Under the pieces are notes generated by a model that was given only the letters and a program-made list of their open reading frames with translations, was not told the origin of the DNA and did no database searches. Positions 8,503-18,356 of a DNA stretch of 24,414 bases are shown one piece after another (position 1 is the stretch's first letter; each line of letters opens with the position of its first letter). The translations under genes and the position numbers were made by a program. The stretch lies in the sequence record DRR723986_13700. One strand, 5' to 3'.

Positions 8503-11400
8503 ATGAAAACATTCTTAAATGCTTTATTATTCTGTTTAATTATAGTACCCGCAACGTTGGCAGCACAATCAACTGTCTCAGGTACAATTACAGATAAGGC
8601 AAACGCTATGCCATTACCTGGCGTAAATGTGATTATCAAAGGTACTTCCAGAGGTACCTCTACCGATTTTGATGGTAAGTACTCTTTAGAAGTCAATCAA
8701 GGAGAAACTTTAGTATTCTCGTATTTAGGATTTACAACTCAAGAAGTTGTATTTACCGGTCAATCAACCATAGACATAACTCTAGAAGAGGATGCCGCCC
8801 AATTAGACGAAGTGGTTTTAATTGGTTATGGTTCAACTACGAAACAAGACGCCACAGGTGCTGTTGAAAAAGTTGGTGATGAAGAATTTAACCGTGGTGC
8901 TATTGTAGCGCCTCAACAACTTATTGCTGGTAAAGCTGCAGGTGTAAGAATTACATCTGGTGGTGGTGGCGCTGGTGAAGGTGGTGAAATTAGAATACGT
9001 GGTGGTGCATCATTATCTGCGTCTAACAACCCGCTTATTGTAATTGACGGTTTACCAATAGACCAACGTGGTGGTGCACAAGGAAGTCGAAATGCATTAA
9101 ACGCTATTAACCCAGCAGATATTGAAGATTTCGTAGTCCTTAAAGATGCATCAGCAACCGCAATTTATGGTTCGAGAGCATCTAACGGTGTAATTTTAAT
9201 TACAACTAAAAAAGGTTCTGCTAACCAACCTCTAAAAGTAGAGTATGGCTTACAAGCTTCTACACGTAGAATTACTAATAAAGTAGACGTGTTGAGTGCT
9301 AACCAATACAGAACAGTTGCTGCCGATAACGGTATAGATCCAGCTACATTTGGAAATTCTAATACGGATTGGCAAGATGAAATCTTTACGACTGGTATAG
9401 GAGCTATACATAATATTACTGCTTCTAAGGGTTATGAGAATTTTAATTTTAGAGTAAACTTTAACCATGTATCACAGGAAGGACCATTATTAGGTGATTT
9501 ATATGAGAGAAATGGTTTTAACACTTCTTTTGTTCACAAGTTTTTAGATAATGATTTAAAATTAACTGTAGTCGCAAGAGGTATTCAAGATGAATATAAT
9601 TATGCAGACGGTGCTGCAATAGGACAAGCAGTGGCATTTGACCCGACTCAACCTGTTAGAGATGAGAACGGAAACTTCACACAATTAGGAGCTAATTTAG
9701 CGCCAGCGAATCCTTTGTTTACTTTGGCAAACACTAATGATAGACAAACGATTAAAAGATTTATTTCTAATTTTAATGTTGACTATAGATTCTGGTTCTT
9801 AAAAGACTTAAAGTTCAACTTAAATGCTGGTATTGACTATGCAGAAAACGAAGGAGCGAGGTATGCGGCAGCCAACCCAAATAACCCTGATGCTTTTCCA
9901 TTTGTTGGGCAATCAGAAGGTCTAAATAGAAATACGGCTTTAGATTTTTTCCTTAATTATAAAAAGACTTTAGAGTCACTAAATACTACTGTTGATATTA
10001 CGGCTGGTCATGCGTTCCAAGAATTTTATGTACGTTCATTCATAGATGAAGGCGCAGGCCCTAATATCACAGTTGATACTGACATTAATAGAAATGCACT
10101 AGAATCATATTTTGCGAGAGCAAGTTTTGATATTGCGGATAAATATTTAATTTCAGCAAGTTTCAGAAGAGATGGTTCTTCAAGGTTTAGTGAAGACAAT
10201 CGTTGGGGATCTTTCCCTGGTCTATCTGTAGGTTGGAAAGTTACAAATGAGGATTTCATGCAAGATTCTTTTTTCTCTAATTTAAAGTTAAGAGCTGGTT
10301 GGGGTGTTACTGGTCAGCAGGAAATTGGTGAAAATTATGGTTATTTGGGTCTTTACACTCCATCACGTAATAATCAAGCTAATATTCAATTTGGTACTTC
10401 TGTAAACGGTGAACCAATTTTTATCCAAACGTTAAGACCAGAAGGATTTGATGAAAATCTTAAATGGGAAGAGACAACACAATACAATGTCGCATTAGAT
10501 TTCGGATTCTTCAATAATAGATTAACTGGTACAGTCGATGCTTACTATAGAGAAACTGAAGATTTATTGGCAACAGTACCTGTACCTGCAGGATCTAATC
10601 TAACCGATTTAATCACTACAAATGTGGGTGCAATAACAAGTAAAGGTATTGAGTTTAGTTTAAATGGTGTGATTGCTCAGAAAGAGGATTTTGGTTGGGA
10701 TACTAACTTTAATATTACTTTCCAAGAACAAGAAATAACAAAATTAAGTTTAAGTGATGATCCAAACTTCTTCATACAAACTGGTGGTATTTCTGGTGGT
10801 GTTGGTAACAATATTCAGATATGGAAACCAGGATATGATCCATCAACATTCTTTGTATTCCGTCAGGTATACGATAATGATGGCAACCCAATTGAAGGTG
10901 CTTATGTTGATGTCAACGGTGATAATCAAATTACGGAGGCAGATAGACAACCTTACAAAAAAGCAACTCCAGATGCCTTTATAGGATTCACCAATAACTT
11001 TAGATATAAAAATTTAGATTTAAACTTTACGTTTAGAGGAAGTTTTGGTAACTACGTATACAATAACGTAGCTTCAGATAGAGGTAACACTAATGCTATT
11101 GTAGGTCAGCCAGGATATACTGCCAATGCACATGCTAGTGTTTTAGACACAAATTTCTCTGGTCAAAACCTATTTTCTGATGCTTATATTCAGAGAGCTG
11201 ATTTTGTAAGATTAGATAACATTTCATTAGGATATACAATCCCATTTGAAAAAATTACTTTGAGAGCATCATTAACTGCTACAAACGTATTTGTTATCAC
11301 TGAATATGATGGACTTGATCCTGAAATTGGAAATGGTATAGAAAATAACTTCTATCCAAGAACAAGAGATGTTGTATTAGGATTAAATTTTACTTTCTAA
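8503..11400 (+). CDS. susC: SusC/RagA TonB-dependent outer-membrane transporter (maltooligosaccharides)
   Basis: Signal peptide; PLPGVNV..KGT..GT.TDFDGKY domain; LDEVVLIGYG; IRIRGG; NPADIEDFVVLKDASATAIYGSRASNGVILITTKKG; RRDGSSRF; LKWEET; C-terminal Phe. Confidence 0.98.
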   Translation: MKTFLNALLFCLIIVPATLAAQSTVSGTITDKANAMPLPGVNVIIKGTSRGTSTDFDGKYSLEVNQGETLVFSYLGFTTQEVVFTGQSTIDITLEEDAAQLDEVVLIGYGSTTKQDATGAVEKVGDEEFNRGAIVAPQQLIAGKAAGVRITSGGGGAGEGGEIRIRGGASLSASNNPLIVIDGLPIDQRGGAQGSRNALNAINPADIEDFVVLKDASATAIYGSRASNGVILITTKKGSANQPLKVEYGLQASTRRITNKVDVLSANQYRTVAADNGIDPATFGNSNTDWQDEIFTTGIGAIHNITASKGYENFNFRVNFNHVSQEGPLLGDLYERNGFNTSFVHKFLDNDLKLTVVARGIQDEYNYADGAAIGQAVAFDPTQPVRDENGNFTQLGANLAPANPLFTLANTNDRQTIKRFISNFNVDYRFWFLKDLKFNLNAGIDYAENEGARYAAANPNNPDAFPFVGQSEGLNRNTALDFFLNYKKTLESLNTTVDITAGHAFQEFYVRSFIDEGAGPNITVDTDINRNALESYFARASFDIADKYLISASFRRDGSSRFSEDNRWGSFPGLSVGWKVTNEDFMQDSFFSNLKLRAGWGVTGQQEIGENYGYLGLYTPSRNNQANIQFGTSVNGEPIFIQTLRPEGFDENLKWEETTQYNVALDFGFFNNRLTGTVDAYYRETEDLLATVPVPAGSNLTDLITTNVGAITSKGIEFSLNGVIAQKEDFGWDTNFNITFQEQEITKLSLSDDPNFFIQTGGISGGVGNNIQIWKPGYDPSTFFVFRQVYDNDGNPIEGAYVDVNGDNQITEADRQPYKKATPDAFIGFTNNFRYKNLDLNFTFRGSFGNYVYNNVASDRGNTNAIVGQPGYTANAHASVLDTNFSGQNLFSDAYIQRADFVRLDNISLGYTIPFEKITLRASLTATNVFVITEYDGLDPEIGNGIENNFYPRTRDVVLGLNFTF

Positions 11401-11404
11401 AAAA

Positions 11405-13036
11405 ATGAAAAATAAATATATAAACAACAAAGCTATGATGTTAAGAACAATTAAAAGTTTTCTAGTTGTGCTGACAGTTGCATTTTTTATGCAATCTTGT
11501 GCAGATCGATTAGATTTACAGCCAGAAGACGAACGTCTCACAGCTGATGCCGCCTTTGAAAACCCAGAGGCTTATAAGCAATTTTTGGCAAAAATTTATG
11601 CCGGTATTTCTTTGAGTGGACAGCAAGGACCTGCAGGTTCACCAGATTTGGCTGGATTAGATGAAGGATTTTCCAACTACTTAAGATTATATTGGAAAAT
11701 GCAACAGTTAACTACTGATGAGGCAATTATTGGATGGAATGATGGTACAATTCAAGATTTACATGGTCAAGTTTGGACTTCAGGAAATGAATTCATTAGA
11801 ACTATGTATACAAGAATAATGTATCAAGTTACATTATGTAATGAATATTTACGTCAAACAACTGATGCTAAATTAAGTGACAGAGGTGTAGACTCAGAGT
11901 TAAGAGCAGAAATACAAACGTATAGAGCAGAAGCTCGTTTTATGAGAGCCTTAACTTATTGGCATGCCATGGATTTATTTGCTAATCCACCATTTGTAAC
12001 AGAAGATGATCCAACAGGAGCTTTTCTTCCGCCACAAATCGAGAGAGCAGATTTATTTGATTTCGTTGAATCTGAGTTATTAGCAATTTTAGATGATATG
12101 GTTGCACCACGTCAAAATGAATATGGAAGAGCTGATAGAGCAGCTGCTTGGATGGTACTCGCTAAGATATATTTAAATTCTGAAGTATATACAGGTACAC
12201 CACGTAACACAGAAGCATTAAACTATGTAAACAACATTATTAATGAAGGCTATACTATTCCTGAAATTCCATATTTTCATTCATTCCTAGCTGATAATGA
12301 TTCAAATGGAGCTCAAGAAGAAGTAATTTTCACAATTCCATTTGACGGTTTAAGAACACAAGCATTTGGTGGTATGACGTTCTTAACGCATGCACCAGTT
12401 GGAGGTTCTATGAACCCTGCTGATTTTGGAATAAACGGTGGATGGTTTGGTATCAGAACTACACCGACATTTGTTGAGCAGTTCCCAGGGGAAGAAAATT
12501 CAGCTGATGGACGTGCATTATTATACACAGATGGCCAAAATAAGGATATTGAAGAAGTAGGACCTTTTAACCAAGGATATGCCGTTGCTAAATACAGAAA
12601 TGTAGATGTAGATGGTAATCCTGGTTCAGATGCTTCGGGTGATCACATCGATACGGATTTCCCAATGTTTAGATTGGCGGATGCCTATTTAATGTATGCT
12701 GAAGCAGTTTTAAGAGGTGGCGGTGGTTCTGCAAGTACTGCAGTAGATTACATTAACGAGCTAAGAGAGCGTGCCTACGGAGATACTAGTGGTAACATAA
12801 CAGAAACAGATTTAACCTTAGACTTCATTATAGATGAACGTTCAAGAGAATTATATTGGGAGTGCCATAGAAGACAAGATTTAATTAGATTCGATCAGTT
12901 CTCAGACCAAGGAGTTTGGCAATGGAAAGGTAATGTACCTCAAGGAACTACTACAGAATCTTTTAGAGATATTATGCCAATTCCAGCAACGGACTTAGGT
13001 ATAAACACCAATTTAACACAAAACCCAGGATACTAA
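11405..13036 (+). CDS. susD: SusD/RagB glycan-binding lipoprotein; true start may be the ATG at 11435 or 11438
   Basis: Lipobox MQSC; AEARFMRALTYW, FRLADAYLMYAEA, DERSRELYWECHRRQDLIRF, C-terminal QNPGY. Confidence 0.97.
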   Translation: MKNKYINNKAMMLRTIKSFLVVLTVAFFMQSCADRLDLQPEDERLTADAAFENPEAYKQFLAKIYAGISLSGQQGPAGSPDLAGLDEGFSNYLRLYWKMQQLTTDEAIIGWNDGTIQDLHGQVWTSGNEFIRTMYTRIMYQVTLCNEYLRQTTDAKLSDRGVDSELRAEIQTYRAEARFMRALTYWHAMDLFANPPFVTEDDPTGAFLPPQIERADLFDFVESELLAILDDMVAPRQNEYGRADRAAAWMVLAKIYLNSEVYTGTPRNTEALNYVNNIINEGYTIPEIPYFHSFLADNDSNGAQEEVIFTIPFDGLRTQAFGGMTFLTHAPVGGSMNPADFGINGGWFGIRTTPTFVEQFPGEENSADGRALLYTDGQNKDIEEVGPFNQGYAVAKYRNVDVDGNPGSDASGDHIDTDFPMFRLADAYLMYAEAVLRGGGGSASTAVDYINELRERAYGDTSGNITETDLTLDFIIDERSRELYWECHRRQDLIRFDQFSDQGVWQWKGNVPQGTTTESFRDIMPIPATDLGINTNLTQNPGY

Positions 13037-13055
13037 TTAACACGATAAATAAAAA

Positions 13056-14243
13056 ATGAAAAAATTATCAATTTTAGGCCTTTTCATCTTTGCCTTAGTA
13101 AGTTTTAATAGTTGTGAAACGGAAGATGATGTAGTCTTCACAACAGATAATAATGCTGAATTAGCGTTTACAAATAACTTTTCAGCAGAATATATATTAA
13201 CACCACAAACAGCAAGTAATTTAGGTGAGCGTTTCACTTGGAATGATGCTGGTGTAGATGTACCAACTAATGTTACATATCAATTACAGAAATCTATTTC
13301 TGGTGATTTTACAGATTTAGAAACTATAGGTGCAACAACAGGAAACGAAATTGCAATAACTATAGGAGATATGTTAGCATATGCTAATCAAGCTGGTTTA
13401 GATGCTGACCCAGAAACAGAAGCACCGAATACAGGAGACGTATTTTTTAGATTACGTTCATTTGTAGGTGATGGAAGTTTAGAGAACTTCTCTGCTACTC
13501 AAGCATTAACATTAGTTATGCAAGAAGTAACAGAAACTCAAGCTGCAGTTTGTGATTTAGATCAGTATTTCTTAGTAGGTGCTGCTGTTAAATTTACAGG
13601 ATGGGATTGGGGTACACCACAAAAAGCTGTATGTACAGGTACAAACGTTTATACTGTAAATGTAGATTTAATAAATAATGTTGATGGTGACGGTAACTTC
13701 AGATTTTTCACAACTGAAACAGATTGGGGATCAGGAATTAATTATCCTGGTTTCTTAGATGCTGGTTACACTATTGATTCAATGTTCGAGGATGCACAAG
13801 ATGGTGACAATAACTTCTTATTTACTGGACCTTCTGGAAAGTATTTCTTAACTATTGATGCATTAAACAAAACAATTACACTAGATGACCCAACTTCACA
13901 GGGGAATTGTGACTTAGACCAATTATGGGCTGTAGGTGCAGGATTACCAGATGCTGGTTGGGACTGGGGAACTCCAGTACAATTAATGTGTGAAGGAGAC
14001 GGTGTATATTCTGGTTGGGTAAATTATACTAGCGCTGTTGATGGAAACAACTTTAGATTCTTTACTACAGCTACTGATTGGGGATCTGGTCAAAACTATC
14101 CATTCTTTGAAGATGCTGGTTATACTATAGATGCAAACTTTGAGAATGCTCAGGATGGTGACTTAAATTTTGCGTTTATTGGTTCAGATGGTCAATATTT
14201 CACTACTATAGATACTGTAAACAAAACTATTACTTTAGAGTAG
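13056..14243 (+). CDS. susE: SusE/SusF-like surface glycan-binding lipoprotein with two tandem CBM-like repeats
   Basis: Lipobox FNSC followed by acidic ETEDD; SusE-type N-domain (FTW..A...VTYQLQ); two Trp-rich repeats (VGA...GWDW...FRFF...DWG); position after susD. Confidence 0.8.
   Translation: MKKLSILGLFIFALVSFNSCETEDDVVFTTDNNAELAFTNNFSAEYILTPQTASNLGERFTWNDAGVDVPTNVTYQLQKSISGDFTDLETIGATTGNEIAITIGDMLAYANQAGLDADPETEAPNTGDVFFRLRSFVGDGSLENFSATQALTLVMQEVTETQAAVCDLDQYFLVGAAVKFTGWDWGTPQKAVCTGTNVYTVNVDLINNVDGDGNFRFFTTETDWGSGINYPGFLDAGYTIDSMFEDAQDGDNNFLFTGPSGKYFLTIDALNKTITLDDPTSQGNCDLDQLWAVGAGLPDAGWDWGTPVQLMCEGDGVYSGWVNYTSAVDGNNFRFFTTATDWGSGQNYPFFEDAGYTIDANFENAQDGDLNFAFIGSDGQYFTTIDTVNKTITLE
13551..14240 (+). 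repeat. Intragenic tandem duplication (13551-13886 and 13908-14240)
   Basis: Both copies read CDLDQ...GWDWGTP...C...NFRFFTT.TDWGSG.NYP.F.DAGYTID..FE.AQDGD.NF.F.G..G.YF.TID..NKTITL; about 70 of 112 residues identical by hand alignment. Confidence 0.95.
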
Positions 14244-14280
14244 TCTAAATATTCTAATTACTATAAAATAGAATGATTTA

Positions 14281-14316
14281 AAGGCTATGTTATTACTAAT
14301 GACATAGCCTTTTTTT
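14281..14316 (+). terminator. Rho-independent terminator between susE and the amylase gene
   Basis: AAGGCTATGTTATTA / TAATGACATAGCCTT stem with one G-U pair, followed by a T-tract. Confidence 0.8.
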
Positions 14317-14332
14317 ATAATATTTCAATGCT

Positions 14333-17260
14333 ATGAAAAAATTAATACAATTTGTTTTAATACTCATTACATTTCAGTTAAATGCTCAAATCTCTGTAAA
14401 TCCGGCAGCATTTGAAGTTGACCAACAAATAACTATTACAGTTGATATCAACAGTACTGATTCTGATTGTAATGGAATTAGCAATCCAGGAGCAGTTTAT
14501 ATGCACTCCGGAATAGGTGATAATACCAATGCTTTTGGATTTTCTGTAATTGGTAACTGGGGACAAGATGATGGTGTTGGTGAAATGACAAATAATGGTG
14601 ATGGGACTTATAGTATTACTATTACACCAGAAACATACTATGGATTAGATGCTACTCAGGCACAAAATGCAACTCAACTCGGTATTGTTTTTAGAAATGA
14701 AGATGGTACGCTAGAATTAAAGGATAATGGTTGTAACGATTTTATTTTAAGAGTTGGTATTGTAAATATCAATATAATTGAACCAACAGGTTCTGCCGTG
14801 GTTGTTAATTTGGGAGATGATTTAACTGTCAAAACAAGTCTAAATTTCCAAGGAAATCTTACTCCAGGAGCATTTGAATTATATTTTAATAATGTGTTTC
14901 AAAACGGAGGTAACGGGTTTACAACTTATCAAGGTGTAATAACCAATATTACAACAAGTGGTACAGTTAGAATTGATGGATCACCGCTTTCTTCATCTGA
15001 ATCTGGCTCTGCCTCATTTGAAGTAGTTGTTGCTCCTACAGTTATTGAAGAAGCTTTACCAGCAAATTTAGTAGATGGTATTAATTATGACTCTGACTTA
15101 ACCAAGGCTACATTAGTATTAACAGCACCAGGAAAAGAATTTGTTCAAATTGCCGGTAGCTGGAATAGCTATACTCCGTCAAACTCTGATGTGATGAAGC
15201 GTGACCCAAGTTCAGGTAAATATTGGTTAGAGATTACAGGATTAACACCTGGGCAAGTTGAAACTTATCAATATTGGGTTTTTGATACAAATCCTATCGC
15301 AGGCTCTCCAAGTCAAGTAAAAGTTGCTGATCCTTATTCAACTTTAGTTTTATCACCTTTTGATGATCCGTTCATACCAGCAAGTACATTTCCTAATTTA
15401 CCACCTTACCCAGCTGGACAAGAGCGTGAAGTTACAGTATTACAAACTGGGCAAACACCATACAATTGGCAAGTGACTAACTTTAATAAACCAAAAGAAG
15501 AAGATTTAATTGTATATGAATTATTAGTAAGAGATTTTGATGCAGATCGAAACTATCAAGATATTATTGACAGGATAGATTATTTCAAAAACTTAAACAT
15601 TAATGCTATTGAGTTGATGCCTGTGATGGAATTTGAAGGTAACGAAAGTTGGGGTTATAACACATCTTTTCATATGGCTTTAGATAAATTTTACGGAACA
15701 CCTGAAAAATTTAAGGAGCTTATTGATGTATGCCATCAAAATGGTATTGCAGTAATACTAGACATAGCCTTTAATCACGCATTTGGTCGTAATCCAATGG
15801 TTAGAATGTGGATGGATGATCCTGATGGTGATGGTTGGGGAGGACCTTCAACAGAAAACCCATATTTTAATGTTTTTCCAACACATGCTTTTAGTGTGGG
15901 TAATGATTTTGACCATAGTAGCCAGTTAACTAAAGACTATGTGAAAAATGTAGTTACCTATTGGATTGAGGAGTTTAAAATAGATGGATTCCGTTGGGAT
16001 CTCACCAAAGGATTTACGCAAAATTGTGGCAATGGCACTTACGATGGAGATTTTGGCTGTACTCAAGATGAAAGTCAGGCTAATGACAGAGTTGCCGTAT
16101 TAAAAGACTATGCAGATCATTCATGGTCTGTGGATCCTGACCACTATGTAATTTTTGAGCATTTAGGTAATGACAATGAAGAAAAAGAATGGGCTAATTA
16201 TCGATTAGACGAAGGAAAAGGTATTATGATGTGGGGAAAAATGACTTCAGAATATAATGAATTAACCATGGGTCAGGATGGAAATAAAGATTTCCGTCGT
16301 ATTGGACATAATAACCATTTTGGTTTCAATGGTCCTAGAGTAATTGGTTATCCTGAAAGTCATGATGAAGAGCGCCTAATGTATAACAACCTTGCTAATG
16401 GTAAAAACTTTGGTGGTTACAACATTACAGACTTAAATACAGCGTTATCAAGAATGTCTGCGCTAGGTGCTATATCTGTATTAGTTCCCGGACCTAAAAT
16501 GATTTGGCATTTTGGTGAGTTAGGCATGGAAAATTCAATTTTTACCTGTAATAATGGCTCAACTAATTTCCCTGGAGATGGTGATGGCCCTGGCGATTGT
16601 AAATTAGATACTAAACCACAACCCCAATGGACAAATAACTGGCTTAGTGATGCTTTAAGAGGTCAGATTTATAACGATTGGGCTAGAATGCATGCCTTAA
16701 AAATAAATGAAGCTGTTTTTGAAGGCAACTATACTATTAACCAACCGAGCCAGTGGCCAACACCATTTGTTCCTAGGATAGACATCTTTGATGGTTCAAT
16801 ACCTGATACAGCACTTAAAAATGTCGTTATATTCGCTAATTTTGATGTTGTAAATCAGACTTTCAATCCTAGTTTTCCAGGAGGTGTAACCTCAACATGG
16901 TATGATTTAATGGATGAGTCAGGTTCTACAACTGTTAGCCAGACGACGACATCAATAACATTAGCTCCAGGAGAATTCAGGGTATTTGGTAACCAATCTG
17001 TAGGTTCATTAAGTACAAATGACGAAACAATTACTAAGTTCTCAATATATCCTAATCCTACTAATTCTGCATTTAGTATTAGTTTAAATGTTTCGGATAT
17101 TGAAATCTATGATTTAACAGGTAAGATAGTGAAGTCCTTTAGAGGAACTTTTACGAGAACCGATACGTTTGATATTTCTGCTCTAAATACAGGAATGTAT
17201 ATTGTAAAAGTAGAAAATAACAATAATCAAACGATGACAACCAAGTTAGTCAAGCTCTAA
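14333..17260 (+). CDS. Secreted multidomain GH13 alpha-amylase (N-terminal CBM-like domain, CBM48-like domain, GH13) with T9SS type-A C-terminal sorting domain
   Basis: Sec signal ending LNA-Q; APGKEFVQIAGSWN (CBM48-like); VYELLVRDF, IELMPV, SWGYN, LDIAFNH; catalytic GFRWDLTKG, IFEH, ESHDE; CTD IYPNP...IYDLTGK...GMYIVKV...TKLVKL. Confidence 0.93.
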   Translation: MKKLIQFVLILITFQLNAQISVNPAAFEVDQQITITVDINSTDSDCNGISNPGAVYMHSGIGDNTNAFGFSVIGNWGQDDGVGEMTNNGDGTYSITITPETYYGLDATQAQNATQLGIVFRNEDGTLELKDNGCNDFILRVGIVNINIIEPTGSAVVVNLGDDLTVKTSLNFQGNLTPGAFELYFNNVFQNGGNGFTTYQGVITNITTSGTVRIDGSPLSSSESGSASFEVVVAPTVIEEALPANLVDGINYDSDLTKATLVLTAPGKEFVQIAGSWNSYTPSNSDVMKRDPSSGKYWLEITGLTPGQVETYQYWVFDTNPIAGSPSQVKVADPYSTLVLSPFDDPFIPASTFPNLPPYPAGQEREVTVLQTGQTPYNWQVTNFNKPKEEDLIVYELLVRDFDADRNYQDIIDRIDYFKNLNINAIELMPVMEFEGNESWGYNTSFHMALDKFYGTPEKFKELIDVCHQNGIAVILDIAFNHAFGRNPMVRMWMDDPDGDGWGGPSTENPYFNVFPTHAFSVGNDFDHSSQLTKDYVKNVVTYWIEEFKIDGFRWDLTKGFTQNCGNGTYDGDFGCTQDESQANDRVAVLKDYADHSWSVDPDHYVIFEHLGNDNEEKEWANYRLDEGKGIMMWGKMTSEYNELTMGQDGNKDFRRIGHNNHFGFNGPRVIGYPESHDEERLMYNNLANGKNFGGYNITDLNTALSRMSALGAISVLVPGPKMIWHFGELGMENSIFTCNNGSTNFPGDGDGPGDCKLDTKPQPQWTNNWLSDALRGQIYNDWARMHALKINEAVFEGNYTINQPSQWPTPFVPRIDIFDGSIPDTALKNVVIFANFDVVNQTFNPSFPGGVTSTWYDLMDESGSTTVSQTTTSITLAPGEFRVFGNQSVGSLSTNDETITKFSIYPNPTNSAFSISLNVSDIEIYDLTGKIVKSFRGTFTRTDTFDISALNTGMYIVKVENNNNQTMTTKLVKL

Positions 17261-17283
17261 TAAATTTAAGTGTTAATTCGAGC

Positions 17284-17320
17284 AAAAAAAAAGAGCTTCT
17301 CTGCGAGAAGCTCTTTTTTT
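17284..17320. terminator. Rho-independent terminator ending the PUL, potentially bidirectional
   Basis: A9-GAGCTTCTC-TGC-GAGAAGCTC-T7. Confidence 0.9.
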
Positions 17321-17339
17321 ATTTTTTTGTATTAATACT

Positions 17340-17741
17340 CTCAAACTTTTTCTAATCACATTAACATTATCGTTCTATACATCCATCGATGCACAAAAAT
17401 TAAAAAGCACCTATGGAATAGTAGAATTATTGTATTAGTATCGAACGATACAGAAACTATAAAAACCAATAATTTGATTACGGAAATTAAAACATACACC
17501 ACAGGCCCTAAAGAAAAAAATTATACACAGCATCCTACCGCAAAACTATAGTGTTGAATAAAACTTGGTTAAGAGTGATGAACTATATAATTCTCTTAAT
17601 CCAGAAAAAGAGGATTTTAAATTCATACTTATTGAATTCGATGGTAAAATTAAAGTTGTAAAAAGTCAACCTCTATTAAGAAAAGAGCTTATTGCAATTA
17701 TAGATGTAATACCAATGCGTTCATTTAAGATAAAGAAATAA
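17340..17741 (+). pseudogene. Degraded DUF4174-like small secreted protein gene
   Basis: Stitched translation: LKLFLITLTLSFYTSIDAQKL / KHLWNSRIIVLVS...GPKEK / IIHSILPQNYSVE*NLVKSDELYNSLNPEKEDFKFILIEFDGKIKVVKSQPLLRKELIAIIDVIPMR...K*. There are two frameshifts in A-runs, a TAA at 17559-17561 and no ATG. It resembles the DUF4174 pattern as I recall it (W..R.l....F...LIG.DG..K....L...ID.MPMR). Confidence 0.75.
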
Positions 17742-17772
17742 AAAACCAACCATAAAAATTCATGGTTGGTTT
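17731..17772 (-). terminator. Rho-independent terminator for the lipoprotein pair
   Basis: 11-bp stem AAACCAACCAT (17743-17753) / ATGGTTGGTTT (17762-17772), followed on the minus strand by a T-rich tail. Confidence 0.8.
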
Positions 17773-17840
17773 GCTATTAATCAACTATTTAAGAGCAGTT
17801 AGAGTATGAAGCAATTGATTAATTAAACTCTTCTTTTTCC

Positions 17841-18326
17841 TTAATTCTTCTCAAATGTAAGCATATCCGTACCGCCATTACCGCCACTAATATCAATGAG
17901 TTCAATTCTAGTAGATGTCGTCGTTACGACGTCCCAATCATCATTGAGGTCCTCAAAATCGTTACTATCTGGCACAGGGAAGAAAATATTAAAATCGATA
18001 TCATCATCACTACTGCTATCATCACTACTATTACTGTCATCTGTTACTGACCATGTTCCAGTCAAAGTATTTGTACCATTTGTGGCTACAAGAGAGCCAT
18101 CAGAGTTAAAGCTAAAGTCATAGCCACTAAAATCTGAGGTTTCATTTTCACCAGAATCATTAAAATTGGTAATTCTCCAAGTGCCTGATTCTGCGGTATT
18201 CTCAATCTGTGCAATTTCCTGATTGTTGTTGTTTGAATTTCCATCGTCATCGTCATTTGAGCACATTGATGACATTAAGGTAAAACTTAACATTAATAAA
18301 AATCCAAGATTAAATACTTTTTTCAT
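17841..18326 (-). CDS. Acidic lipoprotein, single lipocalin-like beta-barrel domain; function unknown
   Basis: Signal peptide ending SSMC then SNDDDD; GTWRIT...F.F.SDG....GTW...DLNDDWDV....IEL.DISGGNGGTD.LTFEK; homologous to the C-terminal repeats of the upstream gene. Confidence 0.8.
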   Translation of the reverse strand: MKKVFNLGFLLMLSFTLMSSMCSNDDDDGNSNNNNQEIAQIENTAESGTWRITNFNDSGENETSDFSGYDFSFNSDGSLVATNGTNTLTGTWSVTDDSNSSDDSSSDDDIDFNIFFPVPDSNDFEDLNDDWDVVTTTSTRIELIDISGGNGGTDMLTFEKN

Positions 18327-18356
18327 AATTCTTTGTTTTAGGTTGATAATAGTGTT

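Noticed and set aside
3286-14566. Small ORFs inside PUL genes (3286, 6293, 7320, 8490, 9250, 10026, 10754, 12313, 13037, 14378)
   Set aside because: They overlap well-supported genes, antisense or out of frame, and carry no recognisable motifs
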